Assembly: GCF_036321535.1 (NCBI RefSeq)
Contig: NC_087436.1
Location: 112,160,001 to 112,224,000, forward strand
From: Camelus dromedarius
Taxonomy: Eukaryota
Direction of reading: 5' to 3'
DNA: 64,000 bases
Part shown: positions 25,126-37,599 of the stretch, piece by piece
How the letters are laid out: every line of letters begins with the position of its first letter
Numbering within the stretch: position 1 is the stretch's first letter
The notes under the pieces: model-generated
Told to the model about the DNA's origin: nothing
What the model saw: only the letters and a program-made list of their open reading frames with translations
Databases searched by the model: none
Position numbers and translations under genes: made by a program

Positions 25126-27304
25126 AAACTACAGCAGTTCCTTTTCTTCTAGCACACTGATACCATTTACCAAGGTAATCAAGGAAAGTCTCTTGGAAAT
25201 ACAAAATCATAACTAATTTTCATACAGGAAGTATACCCTCCATTCCGCCTGAGAGCTCATTCACACATTTATTCAATAAACGTTACCAGTTTGAGAATAC
25301 AGAGATGAATAAGACATGCTCCTTGCTCCCCAGGAACTCATGGTCTTGAGAAGGCAGACATGCAAAACAAATAAGAAAGGATGATAAACACATTGGTAAT
25401 TTATTATGAGTAGAGAAAGAGATTGCAGAAGAGAGGGAGATTGATTCTGTTAGAAGCTTAAGCAGGCTTCTGGCAGAAAGTGATAAATAGGATTGAGTGA
25501 ATATGAGCCTCCAAAGTAAGCATTATTATCCCATCTCACATTCGGGGAGAGTGAGGTCAAGGGAATTTATCCTAACTTACTTGGGTAAGTAAATAGTGAA
25601 GGAAAAAATTGAACTTAGATCTTTGGCTCTAAAGCTTGTACACACCAAAGGATACCATCTTGTTTAAGAAACCTTGTTGTCTCCATTGGTACCAAAGTCC
25701 TGCAGATACAGGTTGGATAAGCTCTGAAAAGAGCAAAGAGAACACCCCCCGGATGAGGTGACTAGCCCGGACGTTTGGTATGACTTGTGCATCATTTGAA
25801 TTTTCAGCTGGTTTCAGCCCTTCTGCCATTTGTGCTGTGTGCTGCCTGTCTGCAAAATATTTTGTGACTGTTTTAGAAAGGAACTACCATGTCAGTCAGA
25901 GTCTGCCATATTCCTACTTTAGCTATGAGCTTAATGGCATTGAGGCCAAGTGCAGGTGATTTTTCTAACCCTTTCCAGGGGCAGGGCTTCCAGGGCACAG
26001 CTTCCAGGACAGGGTAGACCCCTGAGACAATGGGGGTTTCCACTCTAGGTGACATTGCAGGACTTCAGCAGGGAAGGGCCACAGTCTGACTGAGTCTGAG
26101 CCGGAAGATGGGCTGTGGTGTTGAGACCAGATGGGAGGTTGATGAGGTGGGAATAGGAGCCCAGTCAGGAGGCTGTTGCAAAAATCCACATGAAAGATGA
26201 CAGGACTTGGACCAGAGCCATAACAGTGGAGATGATCTCCAGATTTATTTGAAGGGCTGCATCAGCAGGACTCCCTGGTGGACTGCAGACTGCATGGGGA
26301 CTTCTAAGAGAAAGAGGGGAAGCCCTTCTTGTTTTCCTCCTCATGCGTCAGAAAATTGCTCAAAGGACAAGTGGATGTGGACTTGTTAAGAGTCAATGCC
26401 TGAGACACTTACAAGTCCTCTCCTGTGCAGGACACTTGCTTTGCCTCCATCATGAATTAGTCTTCAACACTAAACCCCTGAGCTCCCCGAAAAGCTGGTG
26501 ACTGGGCATTTAGGTGAAACTAGAAAAAAGTTTGCAAAGACCCTAAGGCTGCAAGATACTCTTAGGAATTGTTTTCTTGTTGGCTCCATGGTATCTAGAC
26601 ACTGCTCCAAATCAGAAGAACAGTGGGCATCAAGCTCCTAGATCAGTTTTGGGCACAACTGAATAAAATTGGTTATAGAACCCATAAAGGTTTTGACACT
26701 CTAATACCTCTTAATCAAATAGGATGCCATGTTTCTATTTTCTTCATTTGCTTCCAGACACAAGTTTTGGGGTCTCACTCTATGCCTTTAATCTTCTAAA
26801 AATCCTAGTCCTTGCTCTTAATCTCCAGGGCATCACATCTCTGCCCCTGGCCCACTTTGCTGTGCTCTTTGTGAGGAATAGGGTGCTCCTGCTTTCAAAG
26901 AGCTGACAGTCAAATAAAAGAGACAGATTAGTAAACAGATCATTACACCTCAGCCCATGGGATCAGTGGAGAGTGTCTGGGAGAGGTTGTACCAAAGCTG
27001 AGTCTGACTCAAGGAGAAAGGTGGGAGGATGGAAAGAACAGAGGGGAAAAAGAAGAGTATTTCGGGTGAGGGAAAGAGCCTTGGAACCACCTGGAAGAAG
27101 AGGGGTTAATCAGAGTCTGAGGGTCAACCGTGGAAGGTGGGTTCCTGGCATGCTGAACAGATGGGCACAGAGATACTCTTCAAAGCCATCAATGCCCGTC
27201 TTTTCTTCCCTGGGTGAGGATGAGACCCTGCTGACCTTTGGGTCAAGAACCAGGAAAAGTTAGTTGTTTGTAAAATTTGTATTTATTTAAAAATAAACAA
27301 ATAA

Positions 27305-27545
27305 CACTTTCTATGTGCTGGCAAGTCTTCTAAGCCCTTTACAAATAGCGGTTAATTTAATCCTCATAATACTCACTGGGTGAGTATTATTGTTATTCTG
27401 TGTTACAGATGAGAAAACTGAAGTCATAAAGTGGAAAACTTACCCAAATTGAAACAATCAGAACAAAGTGCCCGAGCGAGGCTTCGAGACCAAGCTTTCA
27501 GGTTCTAGAGTCCCTGTTCTTAGCTCCTGCATCATGCTGCTGCCT
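27305..27545 (-). mobile_element. MIR SINE
   Basis: tttaatcctcataat...ttacagatgagaaaactgaag. Confidence 0.75.
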
Positions 27546-27780
27546 CTCCAATTAGGGTGCAGTTTGGTTGTGTAGATAGTTCTTGACTAATGATGTGAAT
27601 TCCAAGCTTCAGCAGCAGAATCAACAAGGAGCCGGCCAGACCCCGAGGCTGGGTGTGTATCTTGAGAGGGAGCTGCCTGGAAGACATCCCAGACAGGTGC
27701 TGAGGTCCAGAGAGTCTGGGCTGCAGCTGTGGAATTGGGTCATTAGCTTAAAGTGCCCCTTAATGTCTCATTGGGGTGAA

Positions 27781-28160
27781 TGTATTCATTCCTAAGGCCG
27801 CTGTAACAAACGACCACAGACTTGAAGGCTTAAACCAACAGAAATGTATTGTCTCAAAATTCTGGAAGCGAAAAGGAGATAATCAAAGAGTTGGCAGAGC
27901 CATGCTCCCTGTGAAGTTTCTAGGGAATCATCCTTCCTTGTCTCTTCCAGCTGCTGGTGGCCGCAAGTGTTCCCTAGCTTGCGTCAGCATCACTCCAGCC
28001 TCTGCCTCCATCTTTACATGGCCATCCTCCCCTTGTGTGTCTCTGTGTCCTCTCCTTCTCTCATAAGAACATCTGCCATTAGATGTAAGATCCACCCTCA
28101 GTGCCGTATGATAGAGTCTCCTTCACTTAATTATATCTGGCAAGACTCTGTTTTCAAATA
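27781..28160 (-). mobile_element. MaLR LTR (MLT1C-like)
   Basis: tgtattcattcctaaggccgctgtaacaaacgaccacagact...ggcttaaaccaacagaaatgtatt. Confidence 0.85.
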
Positions 28161-29986
28161 TTTTGCTCACGCAGGTTGCATGGATCAGAACTAAGATCTA
28201 ACCGTTTTGGTGGACATTGGTAAAACCATCACAGTGGATGAGCTTATTCTGGGAAGGTCTGGAGCAAGGATGCAAGCAGGCCTGAGACAGAAGAGTAGGG
28301 GGACGACCAACATTTGGAGGAGAGAACCCAAGAAGAGAACCAGGAGAAGCCATCAGAGATTGAAGGAGACAGTCAGGAGAAAGATCTAGAAACCTAGGGA
28401 GAGTGTATTATAATTAAACAGGATGACGTGGGCAACAGTGTCAAATACCTGAGAAGTGGGGAACATATACAGTGGGTTAGCAGAGAGGGTTTTGGTGACC
28501 TTGACAAGACAGTGTTTTGGATTTGGATATTTTTTTTTCAGCTTGGCAGTGCTGATGGGAAAGGGAGCAGCCTGGAGCTGGAATTCCTGGTAGCCAGTGC
28601 TGTCACACCATTTGCAAGCTGTTAAATGGCATGCTACACATTAACAGCCTAGGAAAACCCAAATGAGGACCCTCTCAAATTCTAACACTCCCACATCACT
28701 TATGCATACACAAGACTGTGTTTTACATGAACACCCTCTGATACAATATAGTGAAGTGCACATAAATGGGTGACTTTGTCTATATAAGGTAATTATTTGA
28801 GATGATAATATTTGGACTCTCCATTTCCTTTAAATCAGTTTTACATGGTAGGGGGCCAATCCACATTTTAGAATTTCTTCCGAAGCTGTTTTAATTGTGC
28901 CTTCAAATGTAGATACCCACGCTCCTGAAATGTCAAAACTTGGCTGCGTTTTTGAGAGCAATAAATGACATTTCTTATGCTTTGAATTCCACGAGTAGGA
29001 TTACACTGGTGCCAGTTGTGAAAGAGTGATGCACAGGGCTGACCCCCAGTGGAGTTTGGATGCTTAAAAAATTACCTTCTTTTATCTGCTAGTCTAAAAT
29101 AAGAATGTAACTTTTCTTACAGTTACCAGAGTTCATTTCAATTAAATCTTAATGAGGAAAAATGTGACAGATGGGTCCATGAGCATTACCTCTCAGACCT
29201 TTTAATTTTTATAAATTCACTTGCAGATTTAGACTTCCCTGTTACAATGATTTCATTTGGCGTTTGGAAATTTCACACAAATTCCATACGGTGGGTGCCA
29301 GAGGCAATCATCTGCTTCAGGGCCTAACTCTGGTGGTCATGTTATCCATCTAAATCTATAATCGGAGAAGGGGCATGTTAGAAAGGTGAAAAGTATCATT
29401 TGTCACAGCATTCTTGCGTAAAGTTGGCTGGGGATTTGGGAATAAGGTGGTAGGGGCAGTTTTTCTTCTCATTAGCTGCTTTATTTGTAACGGCAGGGGC
29501 TGTCAGAAGCCTGGACTTAATAACCTTCAGGTTTTTCTGCATTAATACAAAAAAGGTTGCATGAATTTTGGCAAATCATGGTCCCCGTGAGGGTTATCGG
29601 AAATACTTTTGCTGGTGAATACAGAATAACCCTTCTTTGGGGAGCTCTCAGCTGAATTAAATATATAATTGAAGTGGATTCATCTAGAGTGAGACGTTTA
29701 TGCTGACCGTGTACACATTTTGATGATTCTGAACCTTCACTTGGAGTGCCTTTTCAATTCTCCCCGGGGTAAAAGTTGGAAGGAAAGTACCAGTTGTGCT
29801 ATTATTATTGTAACAGAGTGCAAGGGATGCATTTTGTACTTAGATATGATTTTATCTATTTTGTACTGAGATATCTTTATCCACTCTGTCTTTGCATGCT
29901 TTGGGAGATATCAGGAGAAAACCTAGAGTCCTCGATTCTGGGAAGAGAACCAGAGAATACCCAGCCTGCTAGGTCTCAGTCTAACT

Positions 29987-30131
29987 GGGGGAGAGAGGGA
30001 GGGAGGGAGGAAGGAAGGGAAAGGGGGAGGGAGGGATGGAGGAAGGGAGAAAGGAAGGAAGGATGGAAGGATGGAAGGAAGGAAGGGAGGGAGGGAGGGA
30101 GGAAAGAGGGGAGAGAGGAGAAAGAAAGAAA
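29987..30131. repeat. Polypurine (GGGA/GGAA)n low-complexity tract
   Basis: Directly visible. Source of spurious G/R/E/K-rich ORFs. Confidence 0.95.
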
Positions 30132-30159
30132 TAAAATCCAGTTATCCGTTCCTTTGACA

Positions 30160-31260
30160 GCTCATATTGCTTCTTGAAACCTTTTTTCTCTTGATTTATG
30201 CTCTCTTGGTTTTCTTCCTCCCACACTGTTGCCCTTTCTTAACCTCCTTCCCAAGACTCAGTGCATAGTTTTCTTCTTGTCTCTTTTTACACCTTTTTCC
30301 TAGATCTCCTTTAGTCCCATACCTTTCAATGCAATCTCTAAGCTAACTCCTCCATCTCTATTTCCTATCCGCACCACCCTTTAAATTCCAGCTCCAAATA
30401 TCCAACTGCCTACTCAACACTGCCACTTGGAGGTCTACCAGATACACCCAGTTCCTCTTATTCGCAACTGAATTAATTCCTCAACTCTTGTCCACGCTTG
30501 TCTTTCCCACATGCCCTCAGCCCAGGCTCCTTGACTCGTTCTCCTGCTCCCTTCTTCGTCTCACAGCCCCTGCACATCCTGGTGGGAAATCCTGCTGGTT
30601 CCTCTTCAAACTATGTCTTAAATGTGATGACCTCTCCTGCGGCCAAACCAATCCAAATACTTTCCCTGTTTCCAGTCTGTTCTCTCCCCAACAGCCAGGT
30701 TATCATTTTAAGGTTGAATTGGATAATGTTGCACCACCTCTGCTCAAAACTCTCCAATGTTTTACAATCTCAGAATGAAATCCAAAGTTCTTAACTGGGC
30801 CATGAGGTCCTCTATGGTCTGGACTCCAGCCATCCCCACAATCCTTCCCCATCAGTCCCCTTCATCCCTCCAGCCACCTGCTCTTCAGCATCACGGATGC
30901 TCCCTGACACTGGTGTTTGAACTTGCAGCCCCCGCTTCCTCAACTGCTTTTCCCCTCAGTGTTCACAGGGTTCTCTCCTTTTCCATCAATTAACCCATTA
31001 AAGAAGTCCTCCCTGATCCCCTTTCAAAACAGTTGGCATGTCCCTACAGGTTTGCATGGAACTCTACCTCCTGACGATCTTCTGTTTTTCCTTCATAAAA
31101 CTTAACGTCTCCTAAGCTGTTATATATATGTTTGTTTGTTTATTGTGTATCTTTGTCCACTGGATTATAAGACGCGTGAGAGCAGAAATTTAATTTCTGT
31201 GGGCTGTTGTGTCTCTGAGGTCTAGCACCATATCTGGTATAGACTGGCTGATGAGTCATT
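30160..31260 (+). mobile_element. LINE-2 3' region (about 1.1 kb, decayed)
   Basis: atatccaactgcctactcaac, ctctgctcaaaactctccaatg, cagaatgaaatccaaagttctta. Confidence 0.7.
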
Positions 31261-34200
31261 AATAGGAGAGAAAGAGAGAGAATGATTGAAAAAGAAAAGA
31301 GAACAAGATATTTCTTGCAAATTGCTTAAACTTTGGTAACAAGGGTAGCCAAGGGAAAAGCTACTCTTTGTAGACTTCAACCCTTGGTTGTAATGGCGAA
31401 AAGCTACCCTCCACTGGCTTCCCTTTTCACTTACAGTGAGACCCTAACATCTTAGACTGGATTATCAGGTTACTTTCATGCGGTCCCTGCCCCTCTCCCC
31501 CTTTCTCATTCTGCCACAGTCACTCCAGCCTTCATCAAATAAACCAAACCCTTTCCTTCCTCCAGCCTGGGAAGAATCTTCTCCCAAACCATGACATAAT
31601 TGGGCCCTTCTCAAATGTCACTCTCTGAAAGACCTTCACTGAGCCTGCTTTTCCATTTTCTATCATGTAACTGTGTTGTATTATCTTCATGGCATTTATC
31701 TGTATCCAAAATGTCTTGTTCATTTCTTTACTTTTCTGTCTTCCCCTTTTAGATTGTGAGCTTTACTGGGCAGAGATTCTCTCCCCCTCCCTCCCTCTCT
31801 CTCTCCACCCTCTCTCTCTCACTGCTCTATGCCAAGTGCCTACATCTCCAGCGGGTACACGATAGGTGTTGTATCATTATGAGCTTAGTGAAGGAGCAAA
31901 CAAGGCTGCCTATCAGGATGATGACCTTCCTTGTGTTCTTTTGCCTTCCCCTGATGTCATCACAAACGACAAATATTTACAGATTTGCTGCTACATGCAT
32001 GGCCGTGAGCTGGGCACCTGGGAAACAGAAGACTGCAGAGTCTTTACCAGAAAGTACTCCAGGGAGCAGAAACACTGAAGAATAAAATAGTTTGGAAAGG
32101 AAACACCCACAGAAAACCTGATGAGGTGACTCTTCATTCCTTTGGAGCAAAGGAATGAAGCAATCAATTATTACTCCCACACAGCTCCTGAAGCAGCAAT
32201 TCTCAGCTCCTACACATCACTGGCAGTTGTGAGTGGACCACGTGTGGCAGCCAAATTCCCCAATTCAGTGTTGTTTACTTTTTATGTTACAGATCAGATG
32301 AGATTTAAGGTCATCCATGTAGCGTCCTTCTCTTGCATAGGGTTCGGATAAGCTTTCTTCTGGAGCTGGAGGTGAAGTGATAACTGTCATGCTAGGTGTT
32401 GTAAATATGGCAGAGACTTTCTTGTTTGCCATCCCGTCCTCACCTGGGATGCCCCAGGCAGGGTGACACACACTTGACTGTCATCTATCATGTCTGTCTC
32501 AGAAAAGGAAGCAGAGATTCAGGAACCCCACTCATGGTGATCACCTGGAGGTCACCAGCTCCCTGCCCTGCACGTAACTGTGCAAATACTCAGGTTCTCC
32601 TGTGCAGTGGGCACAGTTCTAATGTTTAACAGTTCATCGTACTTTTAATCAATCCTCATGCTGCCGATTTGGGAGGCAGCACTAATTTTTTTGTTCTGTA
32701 GCTTACTCAGCCTCTCAGGTAAAGCATAGAGCTCTTGTCGAACAAAGATAAGGCACTTCTCTGTAAACTTTTGTATTTTCTTAATTTTGTATTGTCTTAA
32801 TTACTTGTAATAGATATAAAAATTGTCCAAGACTGAAAAACCTAGTCAGGGAATCATCTGACATTAAATGGTATCATTTCTAAAATCAGTTAACCTGCCT
32901 TGAGAGTTTCAAAATTCGCAAGAAAAACGGTCCTTCCTCACAGATCCATTTCTCAGTGACATTCCATCCCATGCACATTTCTCTCATGCCAGGCTTTTCC
33001 TGTGAAGAATTTCTTTTTTCCAAATGATTGCCACAGCTTTCTAGGAACTTACAATCGAGTAGGAGAGGAGGAGACTGTAAATAATTCTTGAAGGACATGT
33101 GCAGGGACTCCAAGTGGTCCACTGAGGCAGGAAAGTAAATTGGGGAGGAAATACTAGTGGGAAATAAAATACACTAAATGTCTTACTTGCCAGGCTCAGT
33201 ATTTCAGACAACTGTTGAAACAGTGGAAAATCTTTGAAGACTTTTGAGCAAGAAAGAGAAATGATCTCAGCCAGTCCTAACATGGGATTAGCAATAGCAT
33301 GTTTTCTGCAGTGTTTTCTGGAATATTTACATGTGTCTCTGTTCTCCAGAAAGCATGTGTTGATCTGAGGTAAAGACTGAAAGAAGGGAAGGAATAAAGG
33401 CCGACATTCTGAAAACTATAGTAGGTAGGAGAGGAGAGGCCATCCTGGAGTAAAGATAAAACCCAAAACTGCAGTTGGCTTAACCCAGTAAAGACTTATT
33501 TCTCACTTTGAAAGTCCAGCTTGACCACCCTCTTCCATCTTGAAACTGCACCATCTAGAAGACACGATGTTCAAGGTTGCTGAGTCAGGGGGAAAGCATT
33601 TAAGAGAAAGCAAGTAACTAGTTTAGCCTGGAGGGACACCGTACTTCCAGCCCCAGACCATTGAGCAGAACTGGTCACGTGACCTTGGCTCAACTGCACA
33701 GGATCCTGGGAGGTTCAGGGGCACACATGGCTATTTGGTGAACACTAACTCTGCCAGAGTAAAGGTGAGCTTTTAGTGAATCTGATTGCTTATATTTCTT
33801 ACTGGATAAGAGCAATAGCAATAGACTCCTGGATTCCAAATGAAAAAAAAAACAAAAACAAAAACATGGTTTGACCACTGCCTTTCGGGGTGGCTGAGTA
33901 ACTTTGGCACAAATTCATGTCAGCAATTGGAAGTTAAACTATTTTTGTGTAACATGGGGATAAAAATACTCCCAGCCTTGCCTTCTTCACAGAACCAAAT
34001 GATATACTGTAATGTCTGTGATTGTGTTTCATAAACTGCTAGGTGTTGTGCAAATCTAATCTATTATCATCATCACCACTATCATCACCATGGTTACCAA
34101 CATGGAGGCAGGCAGAGGCTGCCCTGCTGTGTGTATGTGACCGGAGAGAATTGAAGCTTCTGCTTATCCTTCTAGCTTTGTTTCTATCCTCTTTTTTCTA

Positions 34201-34559
34201 AGTTTCCTGCTCTCCAACCTTGCTAAACTCCTGACCAACTCCCAAACATGCCAGATCTTTCCTACGCCTTGGTACCCCTTCCTCCTTCTGCTTGAAATGG
34301 CTCCCATTGCCTTCCCTCCCCTTCTTCACTTAGAATATACCGTGTGTCCCTCAAGGCTTTACTTGAAATCCCCCAATCTGTAAAGCTTCCCTTGACCCCC
34401 AACCCTAAGACAACTTGGGGTTCCTCTCTTTGTCACAGCTCTCTTGTGAAATGATGCCCACATACCACTTAGTCATTGTCACGCCTGTCTCCCCTACTGG
34501 GCTGTGGGCACCTTCAGATCAGGGATGGAGGCTTCTGCGTCATTCACCAAGGCAGGCTC

Positions 34560-34810
34560 AGGACTGAAACAGCATGAATTCCAATCCCAGCTCAACTGCT
34601 GACTGTTAGTGTGACCCCGAATGAGTTACTTCAACCATCTTTGCCTCTGTTTTCTCGTCTGTAATGTGAGGATAGCAAAAGAGACTTCCTCCGCCGAGTT
34701 GTCATGATAATTAAATAAAAAATACATACAGAGGGCTTAACAATAATGCCTGGCACGTGGCAGGTGCTCAGTAAATGTTTGGTGAGTGAAGGAATAAGTG
34801 AATGAGTGGG
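34560..34810 (+). mobile_element. MIR SINE with L2-type tail
   Basis: aatcccagctcaactgct...gcctctgttttctcgtctgtaa...tgcctggcacgtggcaggtgctcagtaaatg. Confidence 0.75.
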
Positions 34811-36464
34811 TGACTGATGGGCTCAGTCTCATAAGGTGGTATTTCTCAGATGAGAAAACTGATGCTTCAGGGAGATTTCATGCTTAAGGTCCCACAGCTG
34901 GTTTGAGCTCTGGCTGGCTCTAGGAACTCCTCTTTTGATGCTGTAGGTGAGTGGGATAAATGCCAGAGTCATCAGAATCGATGAACCAGGATGAGGGGAG
35001 CGTGGTGGGAAGGGAAAGGGCAAGTTGAATGAAGCTTCAGGAGAGCGCTCCTCGTCCCCTGATGAGTCTTTCCTATTGTGATAGTTTTTGCTTGCTGGAC
35101 TCTTCTGGTTTCCTTACAGTGGATAGAAAAAATAAACAACCCTTGCAGCAGGATTGGAAGCCTCTGGGCCCAGAGCAGGAATTTTTCATTTCACAGGTCA
35201 TATGCAACACTCAGCAGCCCGGCTCGCAAAGTCAGTCTTTATTCTTAATGCCTTCTTGATGCCAGGAGAAAGCAGAAGAGAGTTTGCTGTTTGGAAATGT
35301 GGTCCAGGCCTATCAGGGACTGATCATGCTTTCCTCTTTTGCTGCAGTAAGAAGGGAGATAAGGAATCCCAGGACAGGAGCCCAGTGAGTGCGAGGTTTG
35401 GGTGTGACTCGCAGGCACAGAGAGACCCTGAGCATCACTGCCGCGTCCAGGGGTGGGGGTGGGAATCCTCTGAGCTGTGTTCACAGCCCAGCTCCTCGGT
35501 CACCAAAATGCCAGATCACTTGTGCCCAAGTCCCTTGTCCCAAGCTCTGGCATTTAAAGGAAACAAGTGGCATGATATAAATTCAAGAGAGTTTCTACCC
35601 TTGACAGTTTGGCTCACTTTATCCTTAGAGGTGACCCCTGTAAGTCATAAGTGACCTCCTGGTCCTATACCGCAGGCAACTAAGTGGAACGGGGGCTTCA
35701 GAAACTGGGAGCGGCTGGGGACTGACAGCAGAGGACCCAGATGCTAATCCCACTGCTGCCCTGACCAGCTGTGCTCTGGGCGTTGCACCCAACATCGGCA
35801 CCTAGTTTGAGTGCCTGTAGGAGGAGGGGGCCCTCGCTGACCCTCCCCCTCCCCAGGATTGTCAGGAGGACTTTAGGAGCAAGAATCCATACTCCACAGG
35901 GGCCGTTTGCAAACTGCTGTGACCTGTAACCACGTAAAACTGTAGGAGGGGCCGGCACTGACCTCGCTCTGTTACCCCGATTCCCAACACCTCCAGCGCC
36001 ACACACTAAGGTCTCTCAGTAAAGAAGTAAAGAAGAGAAGACAGACCAGGCTCTTGTGGATTTAAAGAGTTTTTGTTCGGAATATGTTTCACACAATCAT
36101 TGTTTTGACCTGAATTATCCCTTCCCAGGAGGCAGCATATCTATACCTAGGTCTTCATGCAGGAGGAAGAAACTAAAGTAATTTACACATTTCCTTCTAA
36201 AAGAAGGGAGATCAAGGGAAACTGGTTGTTACCTAATGAAAAGTAAGTCGTATTTCCCCTGTCAAATTCTCCCATAGTTTTCTTGCAGTGTCACTCAGGG
36301 GGAAAAAAAAAAACCAACCTGATGATGTTTCTAAGAATCTAAAGGGAAAAAGTCTCTCTCTCTCACACAAACAAGCAAACAAACAACATCAACAAAACAC
36401 ACACACACAATCATGCAAACATGTATATGACAATCAAAAAAACAGAAACTTTCTAAAATTATAA

Positions 36465-37137
36465 ATAATAAATGTTAGTGAGGATGTGGAAAAAAGGAAA
36501 CCCTCATACACTGTTGGTGGGAATGTTAATTGGTGCAGCCACTGTGGAAAACAGTATAGAGTTCTCTCAAAAAACTAAAAAAAGAACTACCATATGACCC
36601 AGCAATTCTACTCCTGGATATACATCAAAAAAAAAAAAAAAACAAAAAAAACCCACTAATTCAAAAAGATACATAAACCCCAATGTTCACAGCCCCATTA
36701 TGTACAATGGCCAAGATATGGAACCAAACTCAGTGTCCATCAGCAGATGACTGGATAAAGAAGACATGGTATATATATACAATGTAATACTACTCAGCCG
36801 TAAGAAAGAATGAAATCTGCAGCAACATGGATAGACTTGGAGGGCATTCTGCACAGTGAAATAAGTCAGACAAAGACAAATACTGTATAGATATCACTTA
36901 CATGTGGAATCTAAAAAATACAACTAGTGGGTATCAGTGGGAAGAGACTAGAGGGAGGGGCAATGCAGGGGTAGGGGAGTGAGAGGTACAAACTGTCAGG
37001 TATAAAAGAAGCTACAAGGATATATTGTGCAAGACGGGGACTGTAGCCAATATTTTATAATAACTATAAATGGAGCATAACCTTTAAAAAATTAAAAAAC
37101 CTAAACAAATATTTAAAATATATATTAATTTTTTTAA
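36465..37137 (+). mobile_element. 5'-truncated LINE-1 (ORF2 end and 3' UTR) with degenerate TSD
   Basis: aaatgttagtgaggatgtgga...cactgttggtgggaatg...cacttacatgtggaatctaaaaa. Flanks are aaactttctaaaattataaata (about 36447) and aaacttctaaaatataaata (about 37138). Confidence 0.9.
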
Positions 37138-37532
37138 AAACTTCTAAAATATAAATATGACTTCAGGGGAAAAAAAAAACCTGAAGTGAGTAATATTGTG
37201 ATTGATGACAGAGCCCTGGCTAAGTGCCAGCTCAGTACCAGACCTGGGGCTCGTTTACTTTTCAGAGCAACCCCTGAGAAAAATGCTTTATTTTGAGCAC
37301 AGAGAGTCTGAGTAACTGGCCTAATGCCACACAGTATGTAAATGGGGAGTAGGATTAAAATCAGGCATGCCTGACTTCTGACCTGTGCTCGCCCCTCTCG
37401 GCCTCACTCCCCATCCCCTCAAACCCTCAGGAAGGTTATCAGCTGCCTCCTTCTCTAGCCATTCTCTGACTGAGCCATCAGTGCATACCACGTGATTCCC
37501 GAGGATGGCGTAACCAGGATTCCCTCTACCCT

Positions 37533-37599
37533 AGGATAACTTCCTGTTAAGTGAGAACACATCTCCAGGATAACTTCTGTTAGGTGAGAACACATCTCT
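37533..37599. repeat. Tandem duplication, 2 copies of 33-34 bp
   Basis: aggataacttcctgttaagtgagaacacatctcc / aggataacttctgttaggtgagaacacatctct. Confidence 0.9.

Noticed and set aside
29776..30226. Charged low-complexity ORFs on both strands
   Set aside because: Derived from the GGAA/GGGA tract.
35154..35654. 166-aa ORF
   Set aside because: Non-ATG start, no homology I recognise and no supporting exon structure.
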